Assembly: GCF_006345805.1 (NCBI RefSeq)
Contig: NC_042998.1
Location: forward strand, 93,930,001 to 93,994,000
Length of the DNA: 64,000 bases
From: Octopus sinensis
Taxonomy: Eukaryota
Direction of reading: 5' to 3'
The notes under the pieces were generated by a model. It made no database searches, was not told where the DNA came from, and was given only the letters and a program-made list of their open reading frames with translations. Each line of letters starts with the position of its first letter. Positions within the stretch are counted from its first letter, which is position 1. The translations under genes were made by a program, and so were the position numbers. Below, piece after piece: positions 52,260 to 64,000 of this stretch.

Positions 52260-53055
52260 GCCAAGTGAGACCATAGCTCATGGCCTATGCCAGTGTGTGT
52301 AACCAGCTCATTTATGAATACCCCTCATTAATTGGACAATAAAACTTGCTAGTTAAGACCTACTGAGGCAATTGAAATCAAAATCAAAATTGCTGACACG
52401 GCTGACGACAGTACCGCCTGGTTAGTACTCATGCCAGTGGAACATTAAAAGCACATCCAAACGTGGGGTGTAACCTGTCCACTTATGAGTACCCCTCATT
52501 CATTGGACAATGAACTTTGCTTGCGAAGACCTATTGAGGCAAGTGTAAACAAATCAAAGTCACTGACATGACCGATGACAATACCGCCTGATTGGCACTC
52601 ATGCAGTGGAACGTTAAAAGAAGCATATCCGAACATGATCATTGCCAGGGCCATGGCTTAGCTCCCATGCTGATGACACATGAAAAGCACCATTTGAGCA
52701 TGATCGTTGCCAGTGCTGCCTTACCGGCACATGTAACGCTGGTACGTATAGAACAACATTTGAGCGTGGTCGTTGCCAGTGACACCAGACTGGCTCTTGT
52801 GCAGGTAGCACATAAAAACACCTTTTGAGCGTGGTCAGTGCCAGAACTGCCTGACTGGCTCTCATGCTGGTGGCACGTAAAAAGCACCCACTACACTCTT
52901 GGAGTGGTTGGTGTTAGGAAGGGCATCCAGCTGTAGAAACTTTGCCAGATCAGATTGAGCCAGGTGCAGCCTCTGGCTCACCAGTCCTCAGTCAAACCGT
53001 CCAACCCACGCCAGCATGGAAAGCGGACGTTAAACGATGATGATGATGATGATGA
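52260..53055 (+). mobile_element. Long form of the family-B retroposon with internal tandem modules
   Basis: Two roughly 175-bp units (about 52295 and 52468), then 45-60-bp ...AAAAGCA... subrepeats, then the common core and (GAT)n tail. Confidence 0.75.
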
Positions 53056-53679
53056 TGTGTGTATGTGTGTGTCAATGTTTCTCTCCCCACCATTGCTTGA
53101 CAACCGATGTCGGTGTGTTTGTGTCACTGTAACTTAGCAAAAGAGACTTACAAAGGATAAGTCCTGGGGTCGATTTGTTCAACTAAAGGCAGTGCTCCAG
53201 CATGGCTGCAGTCAAATGACTGAAACAAGTAAAAGAATAAAAGACAGAATAGTGAGAGATCTGACATGGCTTCTTATATCTAATCTCCTGCATGCTCATC
53301 CTTTTAACATCTTTATTGTAGTGTCATCCACATTACTCCCTAAGGAGCATAGGGCCAGTTTCCCAGTTTCTCTGCTGTATATATTCTTCCTTGGATGGGA
53401 TGCTGATCTGTCACAGGATTACTCATTTTTACCAGCTGAGTGGACTGGAGTAATGTGAAATGAAGTGTTTTGCTTAAGAAGATAATGCAAGAATTGAAAC
53501 TACAATCTTATGATCATGAGTCCAGCACCCTAACTACTAAGCCATGTTCCTCCACATAATCTGTCTTTGTACTTTCCTATATTTCTTTCCATTAATCTTC
53601 TCTGTTTTTTACAAGTTTGTGCCAAAACACTGAACAGTTTCTGTTTTGTTTTTTAGCTTGCCACCATCATCATTATCCA

Positions 53680-54110
53680 GTGTTTTAAATCCTGGTTTTG
53701 TACCTGTTAATGGGGGTGGCTGGATCTACCTCAATGCCATAGCAACCGCCCTCATACCATCTTGCCTGGTTTGAAGCATCCTCCCTTCTCAAGCCAACCC
53801 TCCCAATCTTCTCCTCCACCTGTTCCTTCCATGTTTTCCTTGGTCTACCTTAGTCTTGTGGTCCATTTACCTCAAATACAAGCACCCTCCTCAGAACCTG
53901 CTCTTCATCCCTCCTCAACACATGCCCATACCACCACTCTGCATTTGCCCTTGCCAGCCCTTCCACTAATTCCTCCAACCTCAAGTCCTCAGTCCTCCTC
54001 TTATCAAACAGCCTCATGCCACACATTTCTCTCGCCATTGCTCTCTCAGTCCTTCTCAAAATTACCATCTCTCTCTCTCCCCCTTTGAATACCTGTAACA
54101 TTTTTGCCAA
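53680..54110 (-). mobile_element. RTE LINE 3' fragment
   Basis: WYGHVLRRDEEQVLRRVLVFEVNG...GRPRKTWKEQV is the typical RTE C-terminus. Confidence 0.85.
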
Positions 54111-54399
54111 ATTTTTCTAGAATAAATGAATAACAAATTCAGATTCAGCATCAAAAATGACATCTATATGTTACATTAAAAAATTCTTTGAAAGATAATT
54201 GTAAACAGTGACAAAAACCACAAAGATCCAGAATATCTAATAGTCAAGAGTCACAGTTAGCTAAATCATTAAGCAGTCTATCTTCTAGTTGATATTGAAT
54301 GGTTTTTATTACAACAGAGAGTAGTCTGTAGTCCTTACAAAGATACTTAACTTGCAGTAACCCAGTTCATCAAACCATAAAAAGATATCTTTTATCATT

Positions 54400-56682
54400 T
54401 ACTTGTTTCACACATTAGATTATGGCCATGCTGGGGCACTGCCTTGAAGAACTTTCAGTCAAAGGAATCGACCACAGTACCTATTTTTTTAAGCCTGGTA
54501 CTTGTTCTACTGAGCTCATGTCAGTTAAAAGGGAATTAATACATCAACATAGTTGTCAACCAGTGATGGGGGACAAACACAAACACGCACACATTAATAT
54601 ATACTCTTTTACTCTTTTAGTTATTTCAGTCATTTGACTGCGGCCATGCTGGAGTACCGCCTTTAGTCGAGCAAATCGACCCCGGGACTTATTCTTTGTA
54701 AGCCCAGTACTTATTCTATCAGTCTCTTTTGCCAAACCGCTAAGTGACGGGGACGTAAACACACCAGCATCGGTTGTCAAGCAATGCTAGGGGGACAAAC
54801 ACAGACACACAAACATATACACAAACATACATATATATATATATACATATATACGACAGGCTTCTTTCAGTTTCCGTCTACCAAATCCACTCACAAAGCA
54901 TTGGTCGGCCCGAGGCTATAGCAGAAGACACTTGCCCAAGATGCCACGCAGTGGGACTGAACCCAGAACCATGTGGTTGGTAAGCAAGCTACTTACCACA
55001 CAGCGGGCTTCTTTCAGTTTCCATCTACCAAATCCACTCACAAGGCTTTGGTCAGTCTGAGACTATAGTAGAAAACACTTGCCTGAGGTGCCATGCAATG
55101 GTACTGAACCCCAAGCCATATGGTTGGGAGGTTAAACTTCTTACCATACAACCACAAAGAGTTACAGTTCATCACACTATCACTAAGTCATTAAGTTCAT
55201 GAGCCCTAATGTTACCTTGACGAAGATAACAAGGTAATGCACTACCCTATTTTTCCTGGGAAAATGTATTTTCTTCTTCCTTATGGTCAAATTTAAAGGC
55301 ATAAAATAAAGAAAAATTTACTGTAAATTTTAATATGATATGTATTATAAATTTTACTACTTTTCTTTAACAGAATGAGACAATTCAGTGCAGCTGTTTG
55401 GACATTGACTAGACATTCAATCTGCTTTGGCAACAGTACTTTTTGGTGCTGGAGCCAAACATACACACATGCACACACAGAAATACACATATACTGTTAG
55501 AAAGAGTGAGAGAGAAAGGGGCAAGAGAGAGAGAGAGAGCATGAGAGAGGTTAAAGTTTATTAAGTGAACAGGGCTGACATAACACTTTCCCTTTCCTCA
55601 ATTACATAAAAAGAAATATGCTCACACACATAAACAGAGAAAGAGAGAGAGAGAGAGAGATAGAGAGAGAGAGAGAAAGAGAGAGAAAGAGTGAGAGATA
55701 AAAACGGCTGATGTCAAATAAGTCAGTGTTAAATCAGCAATGCCAAAGGCTTTGTATTGAAACATCATCATCTTCATCATTTAACGTCTGTTGTCCATGC
55801 TGGCATGGGTTGGATGGTTTGACTGGGCTGGTATGCTAGAAGGCTGCACCAGGATCCAATCTGATTTGGCATGGTTTTCTATGGCTGGATGCCCTTCCTA
55901 ACACCAACCACTCTGTCCCTTCTGGTTTTTCTTTTTACTAGTATTGTTCATATCATTACACAGTAAAGAGCAAAGACAGAAAAGTATGTAATAGTACAAT
56001 GAAGGTACAAGCAGCACATCATTGATAAAGTCACAAGCTGTGATGAAAAAACTTTGTCAAACTAATTAATCAATTTATTCATTTATTAAATAATTAACTA
56101 AGTTCTAGTTAACTGACAATAAAACAGAAATTAGATAAAACTAGAGCATGGGTTTTTTATTAGCAGCGTCACTCTTCCAAAGTATAACAATATTTGTTTT
56201 AACACAATTTTCATTCAAGTATCTTGGAAACTAAATGCAAAAGTACATCACAAAATTGAAACTTTTAGAGTTTCCTAATGATTTAGCCTTGACAATAATC
56301 AGCATCAGAAGGCATTGAGCTGCCAGAAACATTAGCATGCTGGGTGAAAGGCTTCGCAGTATTTTGTCTGTCTTTACATTCTGAGTTCAAATTCCGCCGA
56401 GATCAACTTTCTTTTCATCCTTTCAGGGTTGATAAATTAAGTACCAGTTGCATACTGGGGTCAATCTAAACACAGACACATATATATATACATATATACG
56501 ATGGGCTTCTTTTAGTTTCCGTCTACCAAATCCACTCACAATGGTTTGGTCGGCACAAGGCTAGAGTAGAAGACACTTACTGAAGATGCCACACAGTGGG
56601 ACTGAACTCGGAACCATGTGGTTGGTAAACAAGCTACTTACCACACAGCCACTCTTATATATTATATATATATATATATACA

Positions 56683-56718
<36 letters not shown>

Positions 56719-56901
56719 AAGGCACTGGAGTGGTTATAGGTGCAGGGGAGTGGCTGAGTGGTAAGTAGCTTACTTACCAACCTCATGGTTCCAGGTTCAG
56801 TCCCACTGCATGGCACCTTGGGCAAATGTCATCTAATATAGCCTCAGGCCAATCAAAACCTTACAAGTGGTTTTGGTAGACAGAAACCTGAAAGAAGCCT
56901 G

Positions 56902-56940
<39 letters not shown>

Positions 56941-57918
56941 TGTGTGTGTATTATATATATGTATGTTTGTATATGTTTGTGTGTTTGTGTTTGTCCCCCA
57001 ACATTGCTTGACAACCGATTCTGATGTGTTTACGTACCTGTAACTTAGCGCTTCAGCCAAGGAGACAGATAGAATAAGTACTAGGCTTACAAAGAATTAG
57101 TTCTGGGGTCGATTTGCTCGACTAAATGCGGTGCTCCAGCATTGCCACTGTCAAATGACTGAAACAAATAAAAGAATATATATTAATATAAAATACACAT
57201 GTACATATACACATTCATATGCGACATACACATGCAGATACACACATACACACATGCCCGCGCGCACACACACACACATGTTTATACACAAAGAATATCC
57301 AATGAACACTCAGTTCTAAATTCCTTCATAATTGCATTAATGAACTCTTACCTGTCACATACTAAACTACTAATCACTTATCAAATATAATCTGTTTGTA
57401 ACCAATTAGGAACTTTTTCATTGTAATATTTTCAATTTAATGATAGCAAGGCTTCTGGTTCCATGATAATTCTGCAGATTTATAAATTTCAATGACATAC
57501 CGTAAATCTTCCTAAAATGCAACAACTATAATTCTTTTGCTTCTATCTTCTGAAATACTGATGTAATGTTACCATCTTTATCTTACAATACTATTGTGAA
57601 TGTTTGACTATTTAACATACAAAGGCGATTTTACTGTCATCATATGTTGTGGGTGGCTGTGTGGTTGAGAATAACACTTCTCAACCATGTGGTTTTAAAT
57701 GCAAAGTTATTACCAGTTCAAATATGCTAAAAACAAGTTTGGACTTGTAAACAAGGTGCAGGAGTGGTTGTGTGGTAAGTAGCTTGCTTATGAACCACAT
57801 GGTTCCAGGTTCATTTCTACTGTGTGGCACCTTGGGCAAGTGTCTTCTACTATAGCCTTGGGCTGACCAAAGCTTTGTGAGTGGATTTGGTAGACTGAAA
57901 CTGAAAGAAGCCCATCAT

Positions 57919-57967
<49 letters not shown>

Positions 57968-59110
57968 ATGTATCTATGTATGTATGTATGCATGTATGTG
58001 CGTGTATATGCTTGTGTGTCTTTGTTTGTCCTTCAACATCGCTTGACAATCAATGGTTGTGTGCTTACAGCCCCTAATTTAGCAGTTTGGCAAAAGAGAC
58101 CAATAGAATAAGCACTAGGTTTACAAAAAATAAGCCCTGGGGTCGAATTGCTCGACTAAAAGTGGTGCTCCAGCATGGCCACAGTTAAATGACTGAAATA
58201 AGTAAAAGAGTAAATGAGTAAAAGAGTAAAGAGTAAGCCATTCACTGTGTTTTGTCATAGAGAAAATTTCCTGCTGTAGACACATGGTGTAAATACACCC
58301 AAATCAGTTCACAACGCCACCTATCCAGACTGTGCGATGCAAGTATTTCAGAGTAGTTATCTTCTCTTCAGTCATAGAAACCGGACAGTGGCACTGCAAG
58401 CTGATTGGGTGTATTTACACCATGTGTCTACAATGCCTGGTTCCTGTGAGTGAAGAGGAGATAACTTCCCCTGAAATACTTGCATCTCAAAGTCTGGATA
58501 GGTGGTGCTGTAAGCTGGTTTGGGTGTACTTACACCATAAGTCTACAGTGAGAAATTTTGTCCATGATAAAACACAGTGAATGGCTTGTTTACAAGCTCA
58601 AATGTGCTTTTAGCATATTCGAAATGGTAACAACATTGCATTCACACTTATCATTGATGAGTGTTCTCATCCTGAACATGGTTTTAGTTTCCATCTCACT
58701 GTGTGCTCCACCTTGGGCAATTTTTTTTTTTCTTCCTATAGGTGTAAGAGTGGCTATGTGGTAAGTAGCTTGCATATGAACTAAATAGTTCCGGGTTCAG
58801 TCCCACTGCGGGGCTCCTTGGGCAAGTGTCTTCTACTATAGCTTCAGGCCAACCAAAGCCTTGTGAGTGGATTTGGTAGACAGAAACTGAAAGAAGCCCG
58901 TTGTATGTATATATATATATATATGTATGTGTGTGTATATGTTTGTGCGTCTGTGTTTGTCCCCCTAACATCGCTTGACAACCGATGTTGATGTGTTTAT
59001 GTCCCCGTAACTTAGCGGTTCCAAAGAATAAGTCCTGGGGTCGATTTGCTCGACTAAAGGCGGTGCTCCAGCATGGCCACAGTCAAATGACTGAAACAAG
59101 TAAAGAGTAA
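54400..59110. repeat. Dense cluster of family-A SINEs in both orientations, plus one family-C SINE
   Basis: Copies at about 54400-54520(-), 54605-55000(-), 55005-55155(-), 56480-56655(-), 56740-57175(+), 57755-58230(+), 58740-59110(+). Family C (GAGTTCAAATTCCGCCGAGATCAACTTT) at about 56300-56470. Confidence 0.85.
58235..58587. mobile_element. 353-bp foldback MITE
   Basis: AAGCCATTCACTGTGTTTT / AAAACACAGTGAATGGCTT termini; arms of about 150 bp; TSD not resolved. Confidence 0.85.
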
Positions 59111-59459
59111 GACCTGTACTGACCAAAGCCCTGTAAGTTGATTTAATAAGTAGAAACTGAAAGGAAATCACCGTATATGTACATATGTGTGTGGGAAGGA
59201 GGAGGAGGGGGCTGTCCCCTTGTGTTGGCGTCACAGGATAGTTATAAGTATGTGTCTCTGTTATACAAGTGGAGCTCCTCATTTTCAGCCTTCTGTGAAA
59301 ACATGTCCATCCATGGGTAAATATTATTCTGCCTGGAAACAGGTGAGTTAGCAATAGGAAGAGCATCTGGCTGTAGAATTCACAGAACCTCAGTGGATCC
59401 TGTCTGCCACATCAAAAATGGCAAAGTCAGCATTAGAATGATGATGATCTTGAAACGAA

Positions 59460-60720
59460 ATATCATTTATAAGGGACTATATGTGGTCTTAGTTAAAAAT
59501 AAATTTGTGTTTGGAGTCCACAGGAAAGGCATGGAATTCTCACAACTCTTTATTTCAAACCAAACTAAGTAACATTGACGTCAAATTTGAGCAAAATCTA
59601 TTGAAATTGATAAACTTTTGGCTGAAAATGAGTTGCTGACAATTTGATTGGGAGATCCCATAAGGAATCGGTTTATCCATTTTTTTCCTCTCATCGATTT
59701 TTTTTTTGTTTTTGGAGAACATAAAGCATTCAAAGATCCCACAAGTCCTAAGTAATGCTGGCATCAGGTTTGAACAAAATACATCAAAATTGGTAAAAGT
59801 TATGGTTAAGAATGGGGTGTAGCCAATTTTAGTGGGAAGTCCTATAAGGAATCGGTTTGTCGATTTTTTTTTTATCCTGATTAAATAGAAAAGCCCCATA
59901 AGGAATCAGTTTATTGATTTTTCACTTCATATAGGACTTAACCAAACACAACATTGCTGATACAAAAACATCAATATTTATACTTTAAAGTTGGTTTTCA
60001 TACCCAACCCAGTTCTGCAGAATCAGTGTCGTGACGGGAGCGCATGAGTTGGGAGTTTAATCGGCAGAGGTGATCAGGTTGCATATGCCAACCCTTTTGA
60101 AAACACCACCCCCTTTTGCCCATGGGTTGGGAACCCTTCCAGCAAAGAAAATAGAACGCCCAAAAGGGCCCCTGATCGTCTGTGTGAGAAGCGGTTATGT
60201 TCAGATCACAACTAAGTATATATATATGGGCAACACACACACACACACACACACGCACATACACACATACGCACACAACCATATACGTACATACACCTAT
60301 TTTCAAAGCATTGTTTACAAAATAATAGCTGATCATTTGCGAAGGAGCTTGTCTTGGGCAACACACACACACACACACAAACATATATGTACATACATAC
60401 ATCTATTTTTGAAACATTGTTTACAAAATAATAGCTGATCATTTACGAAGGAGAATGTCTGTTTTTGCCTCTCAACCACTCATTAAAAGGAGGAAATTTT
60501 AAAATCTGTTCTCTCTCTGTCCCTCTCTTCACACCGTCGCTAGAAGGGTAATTAACTCATATTTGCAAATGGCGTATTTTCCCGACTTGAAAAATGTTTA
60601 AAAGTTATGGCTCAAAATTATTTTTACTGTTATTCACTGCTGCCTCGGGGGAAAATAATTTGATGAAAATACAGCTAGGGTTGTAACGAATGTCCTCCTA
60701 AAATTTGAGCAACATGCGTG
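59460..60720. repeat. Two adjacent unclassified modular repeats
   Basis: CC(C/T)ATAAGGAATC(G/A)GTTT three times (about 59657, 59842, 59896); two roughly 120-bp CA-rich units ending TTGTTTACAAAATAATAGCTGATCATTT (about 60310, 60417). Confidence 0.6.
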
Positions 60721-60739
60721 CTAATTTGTGAACGTGCAT

Positions 60740-60798
60740 AATTTACATTCACGTACACACACACATCATACCTTTTATATATATATATATATATATAC

Positions 60799-60847
<49 letters not shown>

Positions 60848-60950
60848 CATGTGTGTGTTTGTGTGTGTGTTTATATATATATATATATATACATATATAT
60901 AAATGTGTGTGTATAAATATATATATATATATATACATATGATACATATA
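60740..60950. repeat. Compound (TA)n/(TG)n microsatellite
   Basis: Read directly; explains the IYIYIY ORFs. Confidence 0.95.
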
Positions 60951-61329
60951 AAAATTAGTGAACATTTAAGCACAAAGAGTCGGGCCTTAACAGGTTGCCT
61001 AACATTCTAGAAATACCATTCAAAAAGTCCAAACCACAGTCAAGAGCAATTTCAAAAGGAATGGATATCTATATAATATACTTTCATATATGTATTGTAA
61101 AATTTGTGATCTCTGAGACATAAATTTTACCTAGCATCTTATTCAACTATAATTCAATAGCACACCATACAACACTTGAAGATCCATTCAAAACCTATCA
61201 TGAATTTTTGCCATTAATTGACTCAGATCTTAACTCTAAATGTTGTGTTCTCATCAGTAAATGTTTGGTTGTAACTCTTAAACTTTTGTTTTAGATAGAT
61301 AACCTTAATTTAAAATTTCTGAGTGCGTG

Positions 61330-61509
<180 letters not shown>

Positions 61510-62329
61510 ATATTTCAGAATATATTTGTTTGCTTTTACAATGCCAATATTATTTTAGAACAAAACAAAAGATATGTTCTTGATCAGAACTAATTAGTTT
61601 ATTTGATCTAAGATTTATTCAGAAGGACATGCCTTTCTTTGTTTATGGACTTCCTTATCAGAAAAAGATAGAGCAAGGTAAAGTCAATAAAGTTCTTGCA
61701 AGGAAAAGTAGATTCTTTTTGATTAACCTTACCTCATTAAAATGCAGGCTACTCTATAAAATATAATGCAGGCTACTTATAAAATATAATGCTCGTAATT
61801 CATATTGTTTTGAATCAACCGAGAATTATTTTGTAGCTTCAAGATTATGATGATATGATTATTGCTTTTTTAGATCGACATTGTTGGGTGGGTGAAAGAG
61901 TTCAAATCTGGCCGATTTTAACATAAAACAGGTAGAATATTTGGGTCAGACATCACTTTAATATATATCTTTTATTTTTTTGTTCGTTTACATTTATATA
62001 CACATGGTTGTTCTATAGAGCTAAGCTATTTGGCATCTAATTCAGTGAATGAGTTTTGCAGCGGGCAGTTTAGCTTAATGGTGAAGCACTCAGCCAGAGT
62101 GTTTGAAGGATATGAGTGGTTGTTGACAAATTTTTCTGCCTTGTAAGGGTAATTTACTCAGTATTTCTGGAGTTCTAACAGCAACTCCGTGTTTGAAAAA
62201 AATCATTTTCTTATTTGTATTGTACAATACACATTTCAATGCTTCTAATAAAAAACAAATATATGTTTGTTTACATTTATACACACATGGTTGATATATA
62301 CATAGACATGCAGGAAGTAAATAGACACC

Positions 62330-63100
62330 TTTAATTTTCAAAATCCTTTATTTAATATGTAAAGGGAACAATTGAAATGTAATCGATAGGTAGGACTGCA
62401 TACTTTAGTATTTAGCTGGCATTCCCTTTGTAGTTTTTAATTCAGAAACTCTTTTTGGCATTAAACTGATGAGCTTTGTGATTGTCTCTTCCGGAATTTC
62501 TGCCTACTTTTCATGCAACAATCAAAACATTTCACCTTGAGATTTAAGTTTCTGTTGAGTTTTTCATATAGCTCTAGCTAGTATTCTCCAAAGATTTTCA
62601 ATTGGATTAATGTCAGGAGATTGGCTTGGCCTGGGAAACTTTTTGATCCCATTTTCAGTCAGCCATTGTCGATTCCTTTTCGCTGTGTGGCATGGAGCCC
62701 CATCTTCCATGAATAAAAACTCATTTTTCATTATGTTATCATGCGAATACATCAGAAGTAGTCCTTGCTTAAGTATTTCGATGCATTTTTCAGAGTTTAT
62801 GGTTCCAACACATTCGATCAGCTCAGAACGACCATTGCTGGTGACAGCTCCCCATACCATTACAGAGATACTGCCATGTTTCACAGTTGGTTGGAGTTAT
62901 TCCAAATCAAATTCTTGATTGGGAAGCCTCCAGACCCAAACACGTCCACAGTCTGAAAATAATGCAAATCTAGATTCATCTGAGAAAATCACTCTATCCC
63001 AAAACGAACTGGATTTTTCTGACATCTCCTTAGCCCATTTCTTTCTTTTCATGATATTAATTGGTTGAAGGAGAGGTTTTCTTCTAACTCTAAATAAGGT
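62330..63100 (-). mobile_element. Degenerate Tc1 (DD34E-type) transposase, catalytic part
   Basis: RRKPLL...WAK...[35 protein letters not shown] and [13 protein letters not shown], with in-frame stops. Confidence 0.92.
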
Positions 63101-63236
63101 AATACTTCCCTGTCACTAGATATGTTTCCACAGGAGAATGGAAATGAAGGTTACCACTTGCATGATAGTGACACTTATTTACGACTATTAGGCAATGTCA
63201 AGGCAAGAGAACAATAACACACACACACACACACAC

Positions 63237-63289
<53 letters not shown>

Positions 63290-63419
63290 ATTATACATAT
63301 ATAATGATCTTTCAATTTCTAACAACTAAAGCCACCCACAAGGCTTTGATTGGCCTAGGACTGTAGAGGAAGACACTTGTCCATGGTGCCATGAAGTGGG
63401 ACTGAACTCAGAACCATGC

Positions 63420-64000
63420 TTGGCATTACATGGTGTTGCAACAACTTCAAGAAAATGAGACCAGTTATACTACCATCAGAATAGAATGGTCTGATTATTC
63501 CTTTTGATAATAAGCTACATCGTACTGTCACTCTAAGTGAATTAGCACGATGTTCCTCCATTATATACAGTTTCTCAGGTTTCAGTTGGTGAAATTGTGC
63601 AAGTTAACTGAGCCATTTAATTTGAATATAACCTCATCACTCCAAACAATCTTTGTGGGAAAGTGTACATCTTCAACACATTATACCAAATACTACTCAC
63701 AGAACTCCACTCTTCAGTCTGGATCATCTTCACTGAGAGCATGGATTATTCTTGGAGTGTAACTTTTACAATGACAGTGCTTCAATATGTGAAGGACACT
63801 TGATTTTGAAATTACTGTCTCCCTATTTACTTGCCATACAGATTTTATAGAACACTAGAAATACATTTCTACTATCATCTCTTGTTTTGTGAAACTTGTC
63901 AGTGGCTGCAGTTTTCCAGATTGTTTTTTGTGAACATTCCAAATAGTTCTGCCTGCTTCAAACTTACCTCTAATTTCAGCAATGGTAAGTTGAATATTCA
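63420..64000 (-). mobile_element. Second, more decayed Tc1/mariner transposase fragment
   Basis: LTIAEIRGKFEAGRTIWNVHKKQSGK (N-terminal region) and VTVRCSLLSKGIIRPFYSDGSITGLIFLKLLQHHVMP (resembles VWCG...IIGPYFF..VTG..YL). Runs off the window end. Confidence 0.6.

Noticed and set aside
52295-52880. Regularly spaced repeats that superficially resemble a CRISPR array
   Set aside because: Units are degenerate along their whole length with no unique spacers and no cas genes; they are retroposon subrepeats in a eukaryote.
6853-59110. tRNA-like heads (GGCTGTGTGGTAAG...GGTTCAGTCCC; GAGTTCAAATTCC)
   Set aside because: They are SINE heads with decayed cloverleaves joined to SINE bodies, not tRNA genes.

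Overview
AT-rich, repeat-dense animal genomic DNA. The SINE and short-retroposon families look like those of octopod cephalopods (inference, from memory). Two host genes are supported, arranged head to head. (1) Minus strand: the first coding exon (18901-18940, MEGTLFKWTNYLSG then GTAAGT) of a FAPP-type PH-domain gene (PLEKHA3/PLEKHA8 family). I found no second exon in the window. (2) Plus strand: a spliced torsin-family AAA+ gene. Its large last exon (34382-35323) encodes a membrane anchor plus an AAA domain with TOR4A-like motifs (GKT, LDD). It has a phase-compatible upstream exon (28356-28462) and two tandem-duplicated candidate start exons (24603-24683, 25610-25648). The rest is mostly transposon relics: mariner/Tc1, RTE, APE-type and RLE-type LINEs, Penelope, a Helitron, several MITE types and many SINEs. 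The rearrangement history is unusually readable: a duplication of at least 4.2 kb whose second copy is split by an apparent 5.1-kb inversion with abutting breakpoints, and filled/empty insertion-site pairs with intact target-site duplications (TSDs). No rRNA, intact tRNA or CRISPR array was seen. I cannot claim a wholly new system. The best leads are the TOR4A-like gene with duplicated start exons and the duplication/inversion block. Repeat boundaries are by eye.
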